DNA of 63,312 nt, filler included, from Guillardia theta CCMP2712 (Eukaryota > Protista > Cryptophyta): the NCBI RefSeq assembly GCF_000315625.1. It is 3 parts of 3 records of this genome, joined end to end, with 100 filler letters (N's around TTAATTAATTAA, not from the genome) between each part and the next. Parts side by side here need not be neighbours in the genome. Positions count along the whole stretch, not along the records: positions 15,051 to 32,422 come from NW_005434568.1; positions 32,523 to 63,312 come from NW_005434387.1; 1 more part is not named here. One strand, given 5' to 3'. Of this stretch, positions 21,245 to 35,500 are shown piece after piece. A program made the position numbers and the translations under genes. The stretch's first letter is position 1, and every line of letters starts with the position of its first letter. Below the pieces are notes generated by a model. The model saw only the letters and a list, made by a program, of their open reading frames with translations. It ran no database searches and had not been told where the DNA came from.

Positions 21245-22730
21245 CCTGAACCTCAGTAGCTGTTCGTTGTTTTGTGATCTTTGCTGAAGAGAGACTTGTC
21301 AGAAGGGATTATGATGCAGGCAAGCAAGATGTTACCACCACAATCTGATTCAAAACATGTTCGTGCTGCCCTTCAAACCAAACGGGAAAAACGATCTGAT
21401 CATTGAATTCGGCTCAGTATGACAAGACATATAAAAAGATAATTGTCCACCTGAAGATTACAACTGGGACAGCATCCTGCAAGCCTGTCGTTTAGCTTTG
21501 CAGATAACCATCTGCAACAGGCATTGTCAGGGATGGAACTTCTCATCAAGCAAGCATCAAACAATATACTTGGCAATGCAGCTGTGATGAAAGGTGTGCT
21601 TGCAGGGTAATGTAGAAACTTGGTCGCCAACCTCCATTTTCTCTAAGCAGATCACACATTCCAGTCCACCAAAGCCTGCCTCAGCCTTGTCCTGCTAGCA
21701 AGGTCAAGCTTCCCACTCTAGCAGCTGCTGCTGGTACCTGATGGAGGCTGATGTCGACTGCTTCTTGAGCCTCCTCCTCCGTCAACTCATGCTGATCGAG
21801 CATCGGGCCAAGATCACTTGAAAAGTGGTACAATCTTGGCAACAACGTCACAGAACACTCGCCTCATGATTCATGCCATACCTGCCAATGTTCGGTAGCA
21901 TGGTTCCTTCTGGGAAATTCGCTGGCATATCTACTGCCTATCGCACAGTCAATGTCTGTCTACATCACATCCTTTTTCGCTACCGTCTCTTCATGGCTGT
22001 GGCTTGAGATGTTGGTTTGCGATGGCTCAACGTGATCTGTGAGCATGTTAGCAAGAGCTAGTACTTGGTTCAACGCACCAAAAGGCCTAGCCAATATTAC
22101 AGGCCTCCTTTGACCGTACGACCTCTCAGCGACCATTTGATCGGTACTGTCGTTTCTGTTCTCATCTGCTTGCTCAGGGGACTGATTTGACCGCGTAGTC
22201 TCGTCCCACACGGAAGAGTTAGTCACGTCCAGAGCGCTGGAGTCATCGTTGACAAGATACGCCTCCAAGGAATACGGCTGTATTCCGATGGGGTAGTTTT
22301 CGTTCTCGGTAGAGAATGTCAGGTCGGAGTTCACATGCACCATCTCCTATCAGAAGCATGTCAGTTTTCTCTTCTCTATTTCGTGAATTTCAATCAATGA
22401 CAGCCTATCCCTTCACCTCAAAATTTCAGACAGATTCGTGTGAGCACACAAATCCGTGCTAGTCCTCACAACGGTTAGTTGTTCTGCCCTGAATTTTTGA
22501 ATAGAAGACTTTTGTAAATACGAGGACAATATATACACAGTTACTACCAGCCAATCCATCAAAGTTTGACAACCCTTTGGCTAATCATGTTTGTTCTCAA
22601 CAAGTTCCTTCTGCTTTATCATGGTTTGGGGGTCTCTGACACATTTGCATGCAATCACAAACAAACAGATTCTCTCGTGTTGATCTCGTAGCAAAAGATT
22701 CATTGTTCATCTTCCTCCTCTCATTTCATC
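21245..22730 (-). CDS. Probable multi-exon hypothetical gene
   Basis: 127-aa open exon 21960-22343 with acceptor and donor signatures, plus further short exons. Confidence 0.35.
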
Positions 22731-23900
22731 TCTAACCTCTCCTCTCTTCCCACACGCCTCCCGCCATATCTCATTGCAAGCTAGATAGAACCCAAGTTCC
22801 CCACCCCAGGCCCCCTATCCAACCACCCCCCTGCCCCTTTGTTCCCTTGGTACGCTACGCCCTTGATCCGTACCCCTACCCTGTCGGGGGTGGCAGGAAC
22901 ATGCATTAACACCACCCTACCCCTGCTTACATATCTTTCTTTTGTGTTCCTCGATAATGCCAGCCGGCCCTCTCCCCTTCCGCCTCCCCACCTCCTTCTA
23001 GAATGAGTACCCCCTTGTCCCCCACAACATCCCTACCCCACCACCCCCAACTGGAAGTTTGCAACCCGACGTATTCCATGACCCCCTGCCTGAAATTAAC
23101 AGTGCCATCACCACCCCTAACCCCAGTTGATACTAACACCTATCATCCTAGCCACGTAGATACTACTCTGGTGAGTTTGTACATTGTACACCACCCCTAT
23201 CATGCGACCCAGCTTACTCTAATAAAAAACAATGAATGACCTGGTGTTGAATTTAAAAAGCCAGTGACAAAATTTCAAATGCGGCTACGATCTCTCAAAT
23301 TGTTTTAGTAATCATGTCCTAAAAGAAGTCTTTTCGATCACGCACCCACTTCCATGTTTGGTACCGCGTTCCATCGGAAAAGTTCCAGTCGTAATATAAG
23401 TACCCACCAGGTACTTGCGGGGTTTATCTGGTATTGTTTTCATGCCCCCTACCAGGGAATATGACCTGGCCTCCTTTACAATCAAGGGGGTTGTAACCTG
23501 CAGAAGAACGAAAGAAAAATAAGAAAGCCGTGGAGAAAAAAACCTAAAAAGAAATAAAAAGAAATTGCTACACCTTATCGACTTAGTAATCTTATTAATT
23601 GTAAATTGTACCAGGTGGCATCAAACTTGACGGTACTATAATCTGATATTGATTTTGATGATATTGATTGTTGTGTTGTACCGGGCAAACACCCCCAGGT
23701 ACAAACTGCGATCCCAGCCCTCTCTACATCTACCAGGTATGGAAGCCAGCAGTACAAATATCAATTATATAATCATGGCCTTCAATCCGCCGGGGCCGGT
23801 ACTCTGCCACGGAGAGGGTACTGCTGTATATTTCTACTAGTACGTGACTGATCGGAATTATGGAGTTATAGCCTTCTGTTGGTTGCCTCCTGACTCTGAG

Positions 23901-24036
23901 TCTCCTGATTGTCCTCGTACTGATTTTTAACTTAACTTTGAGTAAAGAATGTTGCGATGTGACTCATGGTAATTAATAATAATAATGGTCTTTACTCAAA
24001 GTTAAGTTAAAAATCAGTACGAGGACAATCAGGAGA
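23901..24036. repeat. Perfect 48-bp inverted repeat with 40-nt spacer (foldback/MITE-like)
   Basis: 23901-23948 is the exact reverse complement of 23989-24036. Confidence 0.9.
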
Positions 24037-24254
24037 GTCAATAGACTCTTACATATCACATAGATAATAGTGGTAGTAATTTTTACTCAAAGTTAACTTG
24101 CTAAATGATGCCGCACGGTAGCACTGAATAACCGCCCGGGCCTGAACCGTCCGACTGCGGCCGCCCGGGGGCACATTTGGCCCGAACTTCGTCGGAAGTT
24201 GAATGGCCATTATGAAGTATTCTGCCGCAGAGCCTCAGCGGCCTAGTATCAGGG

Positions 24255-24720
24255 TCAGGGTCAAGCCTCCGACTCGTCTCTCAGGCTCCTGATTGTCCTC
24301 GTTCTGATTTTTAACTTAACTTTGAGTAAAGAAGTATCAGGGTCAAGCCTCCTCGACTGGCAGGCTCCCGGTGATTGTCCTCGTACCGTACTGATTAGTA
24401 GCGGAGTTAACTTTGACCCCGGATTATGATGGCCCGCATTATACTCAGGCTCACTGAGTACTACTACGGCGGTTATACTGAGTCGGAGCCTGGAGTGATC
24501 GGATGAACAAGTTGAACCCCGGCGAGTCAGGGTCAAGCCTCCTCGACTCAGGCTCCCGGTGATTGTCCTCGTACCCGGCGTACTGATTAGTAGCGGAGTT
24601 AACTTTGACCCCGGATTATGGCGCGGCATTATACTCAGGCTCAGTACTACTACGGCCGGGCGGTTAGGCTGAGTCGGAGCCTGGACTGGGAGTGATCGGA
24701 TGAACAACTCCGTTGAACCG
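24255..24720 (+). repeat. Further copies of the dispersed ~68-bp repeat plus two degenerate ~190-bp tandem units
   Basis: tcagggtcaagcctcc...tgattgtcctcgt at 24255, 24337 and 24527. Confidence 0.8.
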
Positions 24721-25204
24721 GACTCCTACTTGAAGTTGAACAGTAAACTCACGATGGCACGGTTGTAAACGGTTCGCTTGCAAGAATGGCCGCCAACTTC
24801 TGTCACGCGGACGGCGTACAAGACACCGTGACACGGTACCCGGTACTCCGCCGCCCGCGGCCGCCGCATCCGATGATCGGATCGGATCGGACGGTACTAC
24901 CGTACTGCCGGGCCGATACGGTCGGACGGTCGGGTGACAGTGACCGTACCGGCGGTGCCGAGATCGGGACTCGCGGCCGCCGGAGTCCGTCGTGACCGTA
25001 CTCGGACTCGGGAACAGACTCTCGGCGCGGCGCCCGGGCCGGGCGGGGCGCCGGGCGGCCATTCGCGCCGGGTCCGATCCGGTCGCCGTGACTGACGGCG
25101 CCACTGCCAGTGCGGCAGTCCGGTCACGGACTCACGGTGCCGCCGGGTGACTCGGACTCGGCCCGGAACTTGCGTGCAGCACCGTCGGCGGCAGCCTGCG
25201 GCAG

Positions 25205-25800
25205 CCCGGTGTGTGGTTTCAAACACGCCGTGTTTGCAATAGTAGCACTTGCCTTGCCACGCGACGGAGTCAAGTTTGGCGTCAAAGCCGACCTGCGGAG
25301 AGAGCAAGCGAGCATTAAAGGACTCGCCTTGAACAACAACATGATGTCAAACGTCTTCACCTTGAGGGTTCCTCTTGCTATACCAGCGATGGCGCATTTC
25401 GATGCCTCCTCAGGAATTTCATAGCCCCAAGACTGGAGGAGCATCGCCACCACCCCCTTGCCCGTCTTGGGCACTGCTGTGTATACTTTTTGCTTCTTGG
25501 TAGCTCTGGAGCTCGAAGATGGATTGGATCGCTTCTTGACAGTGGGAGCATCTTCAGCAGCTGAAGTCTGTCAAGAATTAGAGGAGTGTAGGAAGGAAGT
25601 ACTGAGCAAAAACCTGCTGTGAGGGTAGGGTGTAGAGCAAACGTCAGGAACTTCGACGACGACCGTACTTCCGACGACGACCGGGCAATGTCGACATCCT
25701 ACCAGAGTGGTTCAGCGGCCTCGAGCAAGGGAGCAAGTGACAACAGAGCTCTGGGTTCAACAGCCTGAGAAGTTGAAGGGAAGGCGGGATCAAAACATGG
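25205..25800 (-). pseudogene. Spliced gene fragment of unknown family that runs into a GC island
   Basis: Exon-like LLQSWGYEIPEEASKCAIAGIARGTLK and LDSVAWQGKCYYCKHGVFETTHR, then abrupt low-complexity GC sequence. Confidence 0.35.
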
Positions 25801-26093
25801 CGAGAGAGACAGGAGCGAAGATGGAATTTTCAAACTTGGCAGAGGCCGAGAGAGAGAGCGCGCGAGGGGGGGTTTCCAAAGACACAGGTTTCAAGTCGAG
25901 AGTAGGCGATGGGTGACTCTCCGCCCTCAAGCTCACGCTAGTTACGCTTGGTGATCTCATCGACCGACACTTTTCGAAGTTCACACCGGGCTAGCCGCGA
26001 GATAGTAACTTCTACGATGATTAAAAGTTACCTCCGCCGACTAAAGTTGCTCTGGCAGCGGCGCCGCGCCGCTAGCACGGTAGCCTGTGACTG

Positions 26094-26135
26094 TGATTGT
26101 CCTCGTACTGATCTTTAACTTAACTTTGAGTAAAG
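26094..26135 (+). repeat. Copy of the dispersed repeat core
   Basis: tgattgtcctcgtactgatctttaacttaactttgagtaaag. Confidence 0.85.
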
Positions 26136-27585
26136 GCCGCGCGAGACTACGAGCAAGGCTCATCACGAGAGCTCATACGAGTACTATGATAGGCGTCTCT
26201 GCGCCGGGTCTGAGGCGGCCCGATCCGGCCCTCCGGGCCCGGAGTCACTGTCTCTCCAAGCGGCTTGAAGGCTCCGAGTCCCGCAGTAAAGATCGAAACC
26301 CTCAGTTCACGGTTGGCGCTGTGGCCCTCAGGAGGTGACTCACCCCCCCAGGGTTCAGTACCCACCCCCTGATGGGACTGCACTGCAGTCCCAATGGCAA
26401 CTCACCCACCCTATCTCCCCACCGTGATTTAGTCATCTCACTATGATCGGACCATCCAGATACGTTCCAGGTACCGATGCGCCCCACCGCAACCACCCCA
26501 CAGGGCCACACCCCCTCCAGTACCCCTCTAGTCGTGGGTACCACCTAGCCCCTGAGGGTCTTTCCCATGTCGCCTTTGCCCCATGGGGCACAGTACCGGT
26601 ACCTATCAAACATACAGTATGAGACTACCCCCTCCCTCCCTCCATGGCCGTACTAATAAAATATGTCTCCCACTACACCCCTACCCCATTCATTGGTACG
26701 TACCACCAGTGCAAGGGACACAACTACTGCTAGGTTCCACCCTACCCTGCTCAATTCAAATACGGTTCTATTCTCTATATTTCGGATGGGGGTAGATGTC
26801 AAATGAGCTTAAAAAGAAACTAAGGTGTATTTGTACCAGAAATTGCAACACACATGTGGTAAAGATCCCCCAGACCCGATAGTATGTTTTTAAGACCACC
26901 CCTCACATTCGTTGCAGGAGGACTCCGACAGCAAGCTGGGGGTAGAGAGCAGGGGGTTGCGTAAAGAAGGAGCTACAAAGGGTGGGGACGCAGTTTAAAC
27001 TGTTTCTGGGCAATGGTGGGGTACTCCAATTTTTCAGGAAGCGTGGGGTGGTTGAGATTGAAATAAAGATTTCAGTGACAGTCATTCGTGGGGGTGGGTA
27101 GAAGTTGTACCTAGGGTGCGGTTGAAATGGAGGAGGTGGGGGTAGTCTTGGGTACACTTGTGGTACTTCATGGATGAAAAAAGCGTATCGAAGGAGGTAG
27201 GGGTAGTAGGGGCAAAGGGGTGGGAAGGGCATTGCGGCTTCTGGGGAGACGCAAGAATGGCGGGAGGGATGGGAGAGGGGGGGGACGAGGAGGACGAGGA
27301 GGAGGAGGACGACGACGAGGAGGAGAGATAGATGCTGGTGAGAGATGAAAGCAGTTGACGATTAGTTACGATGCCGGTGAGATACGATGCAGGAACGGAA
27401 GGTAGGATGAAAATCGAGGGTCGTGCGCATGATGGGAATGATTTGTAGCATGTTGGAGTGGAATGCATGGAAAGTCGCTGATCTCGCACTATCAGGGGCG
27501 ATCAACCCGTCATTGACTGAGGATGACCATGTACTTTGGGCATCAGCTTACAAGTAAGGAGACAACGGCAATATTGTCTGTTCGT

Positions 27586-29703
27586 ATGGCTGATCGCGAA
27601 ATCGCAGTTCTTTACGTCATTTGTCTAGTGTCCATTGTTGGGCCTTCTTCAGCGTTGATATCTCCGATGCCTTGTATAGAGCTTCGGCAAACTTTTTCGG
27701 TCTGCAGTAGAAGTGAGTGCAAGTTCGGGTCTAGATTTCATGTGAGTATTAATTTCCCTCTCCTCGTGCATGTTTCTGATTGCGTTGCATTTTTTTGCCC
27801 AGTCCTTCAAAACGTCTGAATACAGGATGGGGATGGCCAGGCGTCCAAATGACGATGATACCAAGCAGAACAAGGAAGCTGGGAAGCCAGAATCTCCTGT
27901 TCCTCACGAGGTTTCGGATATTAAACTAAAGTATCTGTTGTTGAAGGTGAGATTGTCTCTGTATCATGGCAAAGCAACTTAATACGGTTGTGTGGTTTCA
28001 GAGTCAATTGTCGCAATTGATAGACAATGAAAGGTTTCACGCGTAACTTGCTGATTCCTGCAGCTGACCTACGAAACAGATACGAAGAAGCAAAGGCCTT
28101 GAAAAAGGAGATGGATAACCTGCAGGAAAAGGACACTGAGGTGCAGCCAGAACCTGAGTTCGTGCGTCAGAGTCTGATCTTGATGTTCGCGTTAGTTGTT
28201 GGCCTGTAAGCTATTGAATGTCAGCAAAAAGATGCAAGCATCTTTGGATGAAACGCTCAAGGCCAACAAACTTTCGAGGCTTGAACACGTAACAACACGA
28301 ATTTTAGAGGTTTCTTGTGATCATGGTGTGTCTTAGGAGCTTCGAATGGCCATTGCAGAAGAGGACTATTCAAAGGTTTAACACACTGTCAAGAAAGATT
28401 CTAAATAGTGAATATCGATTTCAGGCGAAAGAAAAGAAAGCTGAAATCATGAAGGAGAAGGGCGTGTCCAAGAACATTTCAATGCAGGCAAGATCGCGCA
28501 GAGAGTAGTTGCATTTGTTGCTGATGCATTTGACCCTGAATACAGCAAGAATTAAACTCGACCATCTCAAAGGCTGTGTTACAGCGCATTGATCTTGTGC
28601 TGTTGGAGGCAGAAATCAAGATGAGGTCTTGCACGTTAAAAAGATGACCGCCGTCGTTGAACGACTTTACCTTCAGGGTTGTGAAGCTCAAAGCAACTGA
28701 AAAGGAAACTTTTCAAGATCCGAAGGCAAAGTTGCAGGTAAAGTGATTGTTTTTAAGACTGAGTGATCTGAGTTCCACTTCAGCATCAACTGCAAAGGTC
28801 CATTGAGAGCGAGGAGTATGAGGCAGCACATGAGTATTTGCAAGAATTGAAGGTATTGCTACTTCCCTGCTCTGTTTGAATTTATGACTGTTTCTTCTAC
28901 AAGAAATTGGAGTTCCATGAAGACAGCATAAAGATGATGAAAGAATTGGACATACAAGTTGTTCTGGATTGTCTATACCGCCTGTCTCTCATTGACTAGT
29001 TTTAATAGCTCATGCGGATGCACCATGAAAAGATGAAATTGTCCGCTGACCGGGGCAAGCTGTTGGAGAAAGAACTAACAGAAGCCGTAAACGCAGAAAG
29101 GTAGATAACGTGGGCGTATAATAGTCAGTGGATATTGATTTTGTTGTTTGGCAGGTATGAGGACGCTGCTCAAATATCGAAGGATCTTGCTCACCAAGAG
29201 AAACTCAAAATGCATGATGCGCTGCAGAAGCAGATTACTGAAGTAAGAGACAAGAACCCTCGCTTGACTCTGACTTCTTCTAGAACATCGCAGTGAAACC
29301 CCAACCAGCCGTAAGCATCAGCGCCAGCCCTGCGCTAGTAGAGACCAACGAGTCCCTTGTTCCCTTGGAGCAAGAGGTGTCGGACAGGAGGGTTGTAAGT
29401 GCAAACGCTCAAGATGGCGGTGGATTAGACGTTGACATGAAGCAGGTTCGGTCGACAAGCTACTTCATGATCGCCCTCACCTTCGCCTCCTTTTTCGCCA
29501 ACTTGATGATCATCGGAAAGGCCTTTCAGGTGCCGGCTTGTGAGGAGAAGGGCGAGAAGGCTCATGATGTGGCAGGCCGGTGCATGGTGAGAGAGGAGAG
29601 CTTATCGCGTTTGAACGCGTGCTGCTCGAGCATGGAGCGGAATCTCGTGAACAAAGACTGTACTCATAACCTTCTTGCTTTCTCCTTGTCTCGAGGACGT
29701 TAG
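27586..29703 (+). CDS. Multi-exon signal-peptide protein with coiled coils and UVR (UvrB/C) motifs
   Basis: MADREIAVLYVICLVSIVGPSSA signal; LQRSIESEEYEAAHEYLQELK and LEKELTEAVNAE-RYEDAAQISKDL resemble UVR motifs; many short GT-AG introns. Confidence 0.6.
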
Positions 29704-32125
29704 CTCGCGACTTCATGTCTTGGTCCAGTCAACGATGTGGCCTTCCGTCCAGTACTCTCCAGTTGGCGATCCTGGCAGGTGGTTAGCAGAGCCGGGAACT
29801 GGCGTGTAGAAGGATCACCGTCGGGCAACAGAGCAAGCTTCACAGGGGTTTCCGCTCCTTGAGCTGCAGCAACAGTGAGGAGGGGGAGAAGAGGAGGAGG
29901 GAGGAGCACCAGCCGTCTTGGTGCCTCCCCACGAGGACATGTCTGTGGCACAGTACCCGGGGCAGCAGCTGTTGACAAGGATCCTCCTCTCAGCGAGCTG
30001 TAGCTCGGATCTTAGGAGACCCACAGCACCTCCTCTTCCCACAGCACCTCCTCCTCTTCCCACAGCACCTCTTGCCCTCCCTTCTCTGTTCCCTTTCCCT
30101 CCTCCTTTACCTCTCTGGCAAGGATCCTCGTGTACGCGTTCACTGCTGACTTGCTCACTCCGTAGCAAGTGTTGGGCCATCCGTGGACTGAATGATCGCC
30201 CTGTGCCAGCAGACACTTCCAATGAGCCTCAAAATCCCCTGCCTCCCTCCTACTTCCAACCTGAACCAATCTGTTCCCCCTTCCTCCCTCCCTTTCTTCC
30301 CCTCCCTTCTTTCCTCCCCTCTCCCTCACTTCTTCCCTTCGCCATCCTCCTCCCTTCTCTCCCGCTCCCTCTCTTCCAACCTTCTGCACGTGCTCCACGA
30401 AGGACTCAGTCAGCTGAATGATATCCTCCTTCTTCAGCTGCGGCGACAGAATCTTGCTCCTCACACTGCAAGCCATCACCACCACCACCACCACCACCAC
30501 CACCTCCTCCTCCTCCTCGGCAAAATGGAACAACCGACATCAAATCGCTTCTGGATACACCGATTTCGTAGACAAACCTACACGATGCATCAAATACTGA
30601 GTTTGGAATATGCTATCCTTGCTCAAAACCACTCTCAGAAAAGCACCATGGCATAGACACATGTGATTTGAATATGATGGAACCCTCATGCGTGCTTCTC
30701 TGACGCATGAGCATTGCAAAAATATTCACAGATACGCGCGCTTCCTGGCAATTACCGTGGGCTTGAGCGGGGAAANNNNNNNNNNNNNNNNNNNNNNNNN
30801 NNNNNNNNNNNNNNNNNNNNNNNNNNNNNNNNNNNNNNNNNNNNNNNNNNNNNNNNNNNNNNNNNNNNNNNNNNNAGGCAGGAACATGGCGACCACGGTG
30901 TAGCAGTCATGGGGAGAACTGTGGTCTCTTTCGAAACCTTCCTCGTCTAGTCATCGTTTCCTTGAATCTCATATTTGATCAGCGGGTCAGGTGGGTGACA
31001 CTGATGGAAAGTCGTGCTTGATCGCGAGCTTCGAACTTGAACGAGAAGCATCTTCCGGCCGTTTTGCAAAAATTATCCGACCTATCAATAAGCCATTTCG
31101 CGGTGCCTCAGTCGACGGACCGCAGCCACCCAGTCAGGGCCGTGGGAAGCCGCCTATCTCCGTGATCACATTCTATGCTCACCCCCCTGTCCACCTTTCT
31201 TTCTCCTCTCCCACAAGCACCTTACCGACTCGACGTCCAGTCACCCTGGCTAAGAGTTTCTGCCCTAGGCGTCGTCCTCCCCGCCTCCCTCCATCTCTCC
31301 CTCCCTCCCTCCCCTCTCTCCCATCGCGAAGCTTCTCACGGGGTCGGGTCGCGAGCCTTGAAAGCGATCGCTGCATTGTTGACGAGGATGTCGAGGCCTC
31401 CGAACTCTTGCTGGAGCTGCAGGAGCGCGTGAGGAGATGGGATGGGGCGGCGAGGTAGCGAGCACAGGCAGCCACAGACAAGAACGAAGACAAGGAAAGG
31501 TGACATTGCGAGAGGGAGCAAGCAAGTTTTGTGGGGTGAGAGAAACGCATGGAGAGGATGGAGCTTAGCGGAATTGCAGGAGAGCGATGGATGAAGCTGA
31601 AGGAAGCAAGGAGTAGGAAGGAGGGGAGGATTGGAAGGAGGGGAGGAGAGAGAGACAGGGGGGGAGAGGGCCCGGGTTGAAGTAGAAAGGGTCTAGGGGG
31701 GTTGAGGCACCTGCTTGGCAAAGGATTGGATACTCTGCTTATCAGATATGTCGATCCGACGAAAGACTACATTGCATCCCTGCATGTCAATGAGAGGAGG
31801 AGACAGGAGCCAGGAGGGGGAGAAGGAGACGGACGAGGACGAGGACAAGGACAAGGAAGAAGAAGAGGAAGAGGACGAGGACGAGGACGAGGATGAGGAA
31901 GAGGAAGAGGACGAGGACGAGGACAGGGAGCAACAGGAGGAGGAGCAAGAGGTGGGCGATGACGAGGACGAGGACGAGGACGAGGAGGAAGTGGAGAAGG
32001 AGGGAAGGAGGGAATCGAAGAGAAGGAGAATCAAATAGGGAAAAGATGTGAAGAAGAAGATGCAAGCACTCGCCTCTTTCTTCAGCTCCTCAGCAGAACG
32101 CTGGCCCAATTCAGCATTGCGACAG
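29700..32125 (-). CDS. Carbonyl reductase (classical SDR, CBR1-like); 5' exon and a middle exon lost in gaps
   Basis: Exons RNAELGQRSAEELKKE, IDISDKQSIQSF, FGGLDILVNNAAIAFK, GWPNTCYGVSK (YxxxK), ILVNSCCPGYCATDM, GAETPVKLALLP. Confidence 0.88.
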
Positions 32126-32522
32126 CTGCACAATGGTAATAAAAGAGTCAAGATGCAGTAAGAGGCAAAGAGGAGGCGGGGGGGGGGGGGGCAAGAGAAG
32201 GAAAGGAAGGTAGAGGAGGAGGAAGACGGACGGAGACGAAGATGAGAAAAAAAGGGGGAAAGGAAAGGGGGGTATTTTAAAAAGGGTAGGAGGGGGAGGG
32301 GATGAGGAGGAAGGTAAGAAGAAGAAAAAGAAGAAAATTTGTCTACCCCAAGAATCCTTTTTGGGCCGGGACCTTTCCTAAAGCCTTTCGGAACTTAAGG
32401 CCCAATCCTTTTTTGGGTCCTTNNNNNNNNNNNNNNNNNNNNNNNNNNNNNNNNNNNNNNNNNNNNTTAATTAATTAANNNNNNNNNNNNNNNNNNNNNN
32501 NNNNNNNNNNNNNNNNNNNNNN

Positions 32523-35500
32523 AGTGATTTAAATCTCTCATGATCATGATGCAAAGATATCAACAACAAGACTTGCTGGTTACCCGTAGAGTGGAACTCC
32601 AAAGTATGGGATCGATTGGCGCTCAATCTGAAGGAGGGAGGGTTCTTGAAAGCAAGGATTGTGCATCGGCCAGACATTGTAGAAAGTAGGTTGGTCAGCT
32701 TGAAGAAGCTGCTGCTCCCTCTGATCGCCAAAATCAGGATAACATGTGCAATGAAAAGAATCGTCGCTAACTCCAGAATCTCAAACAAACAGCACCTCAC
32801 TGTCACAGTCATAGGCATTATGGTCGTACACTTTGACATCGATGATGCCATTTCATGTGATACAAGTCAAGTCAAGTCAAGTCAAGTCAAGTCAAGTCAA
32901 GTCAAGTCAAGTCAAGTCAAGTCAAGTCAAGTCTCAAGTTACGACCTCGCTCATGTTCTCGTCGGGTTTGATAATTCCCAACTTGTTCATCTGCTCAATC
33001 ACTTCTTGCACTTGGCGGGTCCGATCGGAACTGCTCCTGGCCGAGGGAGCAAGGCACAGAAATCTGCGCAGTGGCATGAGACGAGGAGAGGGGAGGATGA
33101 AGAGGAGAAGAAGAAAGCTCAGCAGCAGCAGCAGCAGTTGTACATTACCCAGTTTGCATGGCTCCCGTGTTGACATCGCATGTTCCAAGCGAGCAAGTAA
33201 ACAACTTGTCGTTGCCCTTTGATGTACAAACATATCAAATCATGAGATGCACACAGTTTCCTTCTCACAGGCAGTAAGATCATTTCAGCCGCTATGCTTT
33301 CCCCAATGTATCCGATCTGAGGATATGGTTGAGTGATGGTGATTGACCAGATTGAAACAAGAAATATAAGACTAAACAAGGCAAGCAAAAGTCACCAAAT
33401 TAAATTACAACACATTACAACATTTCGCAGCATCAATGCACAAAGCAAGTGATAAACCTGTCTTGTTCCAACGAAGACCGGGATGTAACCAGTAGGGCTG
33501 TAAGCGTTGCAATAGTTGATGATGTCAAGATAGGTGATAGGGGTTTGACCATTTCCAAGAGAGTTTTCTCGAAGACATCGGCGAAATTCTTCGAAGGAAA
33601 TAAACCCATCGCGATCAATGTCCATGGAGCCAACAAGTTGATCGGAGAGAGAGAGGGAGAGGGTGAAGCTGAGGTCTTTGAGAACTTGGCGAACTTCTTG
33701 TGCCGTCAACATACCCTTGTCACTTTTGTCCCACCTGGTGTGAGACTGTCAAGTATTGGCATGACAATAGAAGGGAGGAAAGAAAATGGAACAATGACGG
33801 GCATGGGTGTCATTCTGATCAAAAGAGGAAGATTGTACAGCAAAAACAAGAAATCGAAGGAAGAACAAGAAAAACTGATGGCCCAAGAAGAAGCATTCTA
33901 TGAACAGTAGGAAAGATACACTATGGTCGTTGTCGCAAAGATACTCAACAATGCTACTTGGATAACATGAAAGACATTAAATCGTGATTCCAAACCTTAA
34001 GAAGGTATCCAGTAAGATCTTATCAACTTCATCATCCTGCTCAACAGTAAACCAAAGGAACCGAAGATGTCGCGGAACATTCACCGCCATCAATGAAGTG
34101 CTCCACTTGTCCAGCATGTTCTGAGTGCAGCCGTCAGCTGAAGTCGATCGGTTGAGGAGTTTTCAGACTTGTCTGATCAGCGTCGTTGTCAGCCCCTCGG
34201 GTCGAAAAGGAGCCACGTCTGCAGTACGGGGAGGCAGAAACCGGTCGATGACCTTTGCGATGTTGTAAAAGAGACAATCAGCAGGTGTGGAGGTAGCGGA
34301 ACAATGATCAGAGATTCGAGGAAGAGTGAGAGTTCACAGGTTGATTACCTGAGTTATCTCTTTGAAGACATCGAGTTCGTGTTTAGTCGAGTCTATCACT
34401 GTTGTGCGATCTTTGAAAATCTTCATGACCTGTCCGCGTCGTCACAAACAGTTCAACATATGTCATCCTTCACTTGGTCAAACGTCTCATGATGAACTTT
34501 CAGCCTGTCAGAGACATAGTTGTCAAGGTGGTGGTTGAGGTCGGGACAAAAACAATCAAACTCAACAATCAAACTCAACAATCAAACTCAACAATCATAC
34601 TCAACAATCAAACTCAACAATCAAACTCAACAATCATACTCAACAATCAAACTCAACAATCAAACTCAACAATCAAACTCAACAATCAAACTCAACAATC
34701 AAACTCAACAATCAAACTCAACAATCAAACTCAACAATCAAACTCAACAATCAAACTCAACAATCATACTCAACAATCAAACTCAACAATCATACTCAAC
34801 AATCAAACTCAACAATCATACTCAACAATCATACTCAACAATCAAATCAGACCTTAAGTTGATCGCATCAACAGTGTCGTCGATCCTTCGAATCAAGTTC
34901 GTCTCAACCTAAAGTGAAGCTTTGTCAAGGACTGAGATCAAAAAGAGAAGCAAAAACGCTCAAATGCGATCAAGAGGGAGGTTGGAGAGGAGAGGAGAGC
35001 CAGAGAACGATAGTACAGCATGGGGAGGAGGAAACAAGATGTGATAGGAAAGAGGAATGGAAGGTTGAGTGCTCAGCAGCAGGAGGTACCTCAGCAGGGG
35101 CAGGGTTGAACTTCGGGTGATAAATGATTCCTGCTCAAAAACATTTCACCATGATCGCAACTCAAGACGGCAGGGAGTAAAGAACAGGAGCAGGAGCAGG
35201 AGCAGGAGCAGGACCTGTGGTCGGATCGAACGCCCTTCCTGCAGCGCAGCAAGTCATCTCAACAGCAGCATGACGACTGAAGCATCGAACGAGCGACACT
35301 CACCCGAACACCACTCTCGCACCACCTCGTCCGGTCGGTCAAGTATGATGACGTGATCAGGAATGATCTTCTCCTCTATCAGCATCTTTGCCTGCATGTC
35401 AATCAGCAAGCAGAGTCAGCAACACAACAACCCTTGTCAACCTGTTCCACGGTGCGAGGAAAGCCGTCAAGTATCCATCCATGGTAGATACAATCATCCT

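Noticed and set aside
34474-34912. N/Q/S/T-rich repeat ORFs
   Set aside because: 13-bp intronic minisatellite antisense to the adenylate kinase gene
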